A stretch of 63,704 nucleotides of DNA, counting the filler, from Octopus bimaculoides (Eukaryota): NCBI RefSeq assembly GCF_001194135.2. It is 6 parts of 5 records of this genome, joined end to end, with 100 filler letters (N's around TTAATTAATTAA, not from the genome) between each part and the next. Parts side by side here need not be neighbours in the genome. Positions count along the whole stretch, not along the records: positions 60,724 to 63,704 come from NW_026319629.1; 5 more parts are not named here. One strand, 5' to 3'. Each line of letters opens with the position of its first letter. The first letter of the stretch is position 1. The notes below the pieces were generated by a model. The model did not search any database. It saw nothing but the letters and a program-made list of their open reading frames with translations, and was not told the DNA's origin. Positions 63,577 through 63,704 of the stretch are shown in pieces. The position numbers and the translations under genes are program-made.

Positions 63577-63704
63577 TTACTTGTTTCAGTCATTTAACTG
63601 CGACCATGCTGGAGCATCGCCTTTAGTCGAGCAACTCAGCCCCAGGACTTATTATTTGTAAGCCTAGTACTGATTCTATCGGTTTCTTTTGCCGAACCGC
63701 TAAG
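63577..63704 (-). mobile_element. SINE family B 3' half (runs off the window)
   Basis: Reverse complement: cttagcggttcggcaaaagaaaccgatagaatcagtactaggcttac...aggcgatgctccagcatggtcgcagttaaatgactgaaacaagtaa. Confidence 0.85.

Overview
AT-rich, microsatellite-saturated animal genomic DNA from a gapped draft assembly. The repeat families and the (TA)n/(TG)n/(TATG)n density point to an octopus or other coleoid cephalopod (inference). There is no confidently identifiable intact host gene, rRNA, tRNA gene or CRISPR array, and most ORF-track entries are translations of microsatellites or N-gaps. The window is intronic/intergenic and TE-rich: a full-length but dead mariner with both TIRs (1814-3084) and two further mariner relics (19.3-20.0 kb, 57.8-58.8 kb); a Ty3/Gypsy element with both LTRs, a tRNA-Ser PBS and a PPT that lacks RT, RNase H and the integrase HHCC domain (43462-46617); non-autonomous Helitron/HINE-like elements; piggyBac-, hAT- and Tigger-like MITEs; LINE relics (CR1-like 3' end, RTE-like RT and C-terminal zinc finger, Tx1-like ORF1 zinc knuckle); and dozens of copies from about four tRNA-derived SINE families, labelled A-D here. 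Five N44-TTAATTAATTAA-N44 blocks are artificial scaffold linkers. The most notable unexplained structures are a perfect spacer-less 154-bp palindrome (47460-47613), the two frame-preserving deletions and double PPT of the Gypsy element, a SINE-derived hairpin that looks like an ADAR substrate (27534-27671), a perfectly symmetric (ACT)11(AGT)11 palindrome, a 31-bp target-site duplication and a 1-kb degenerate 21-bp minisatellite. A few low-confidence exon candidates are listed. All alignments and counts were made by eye.
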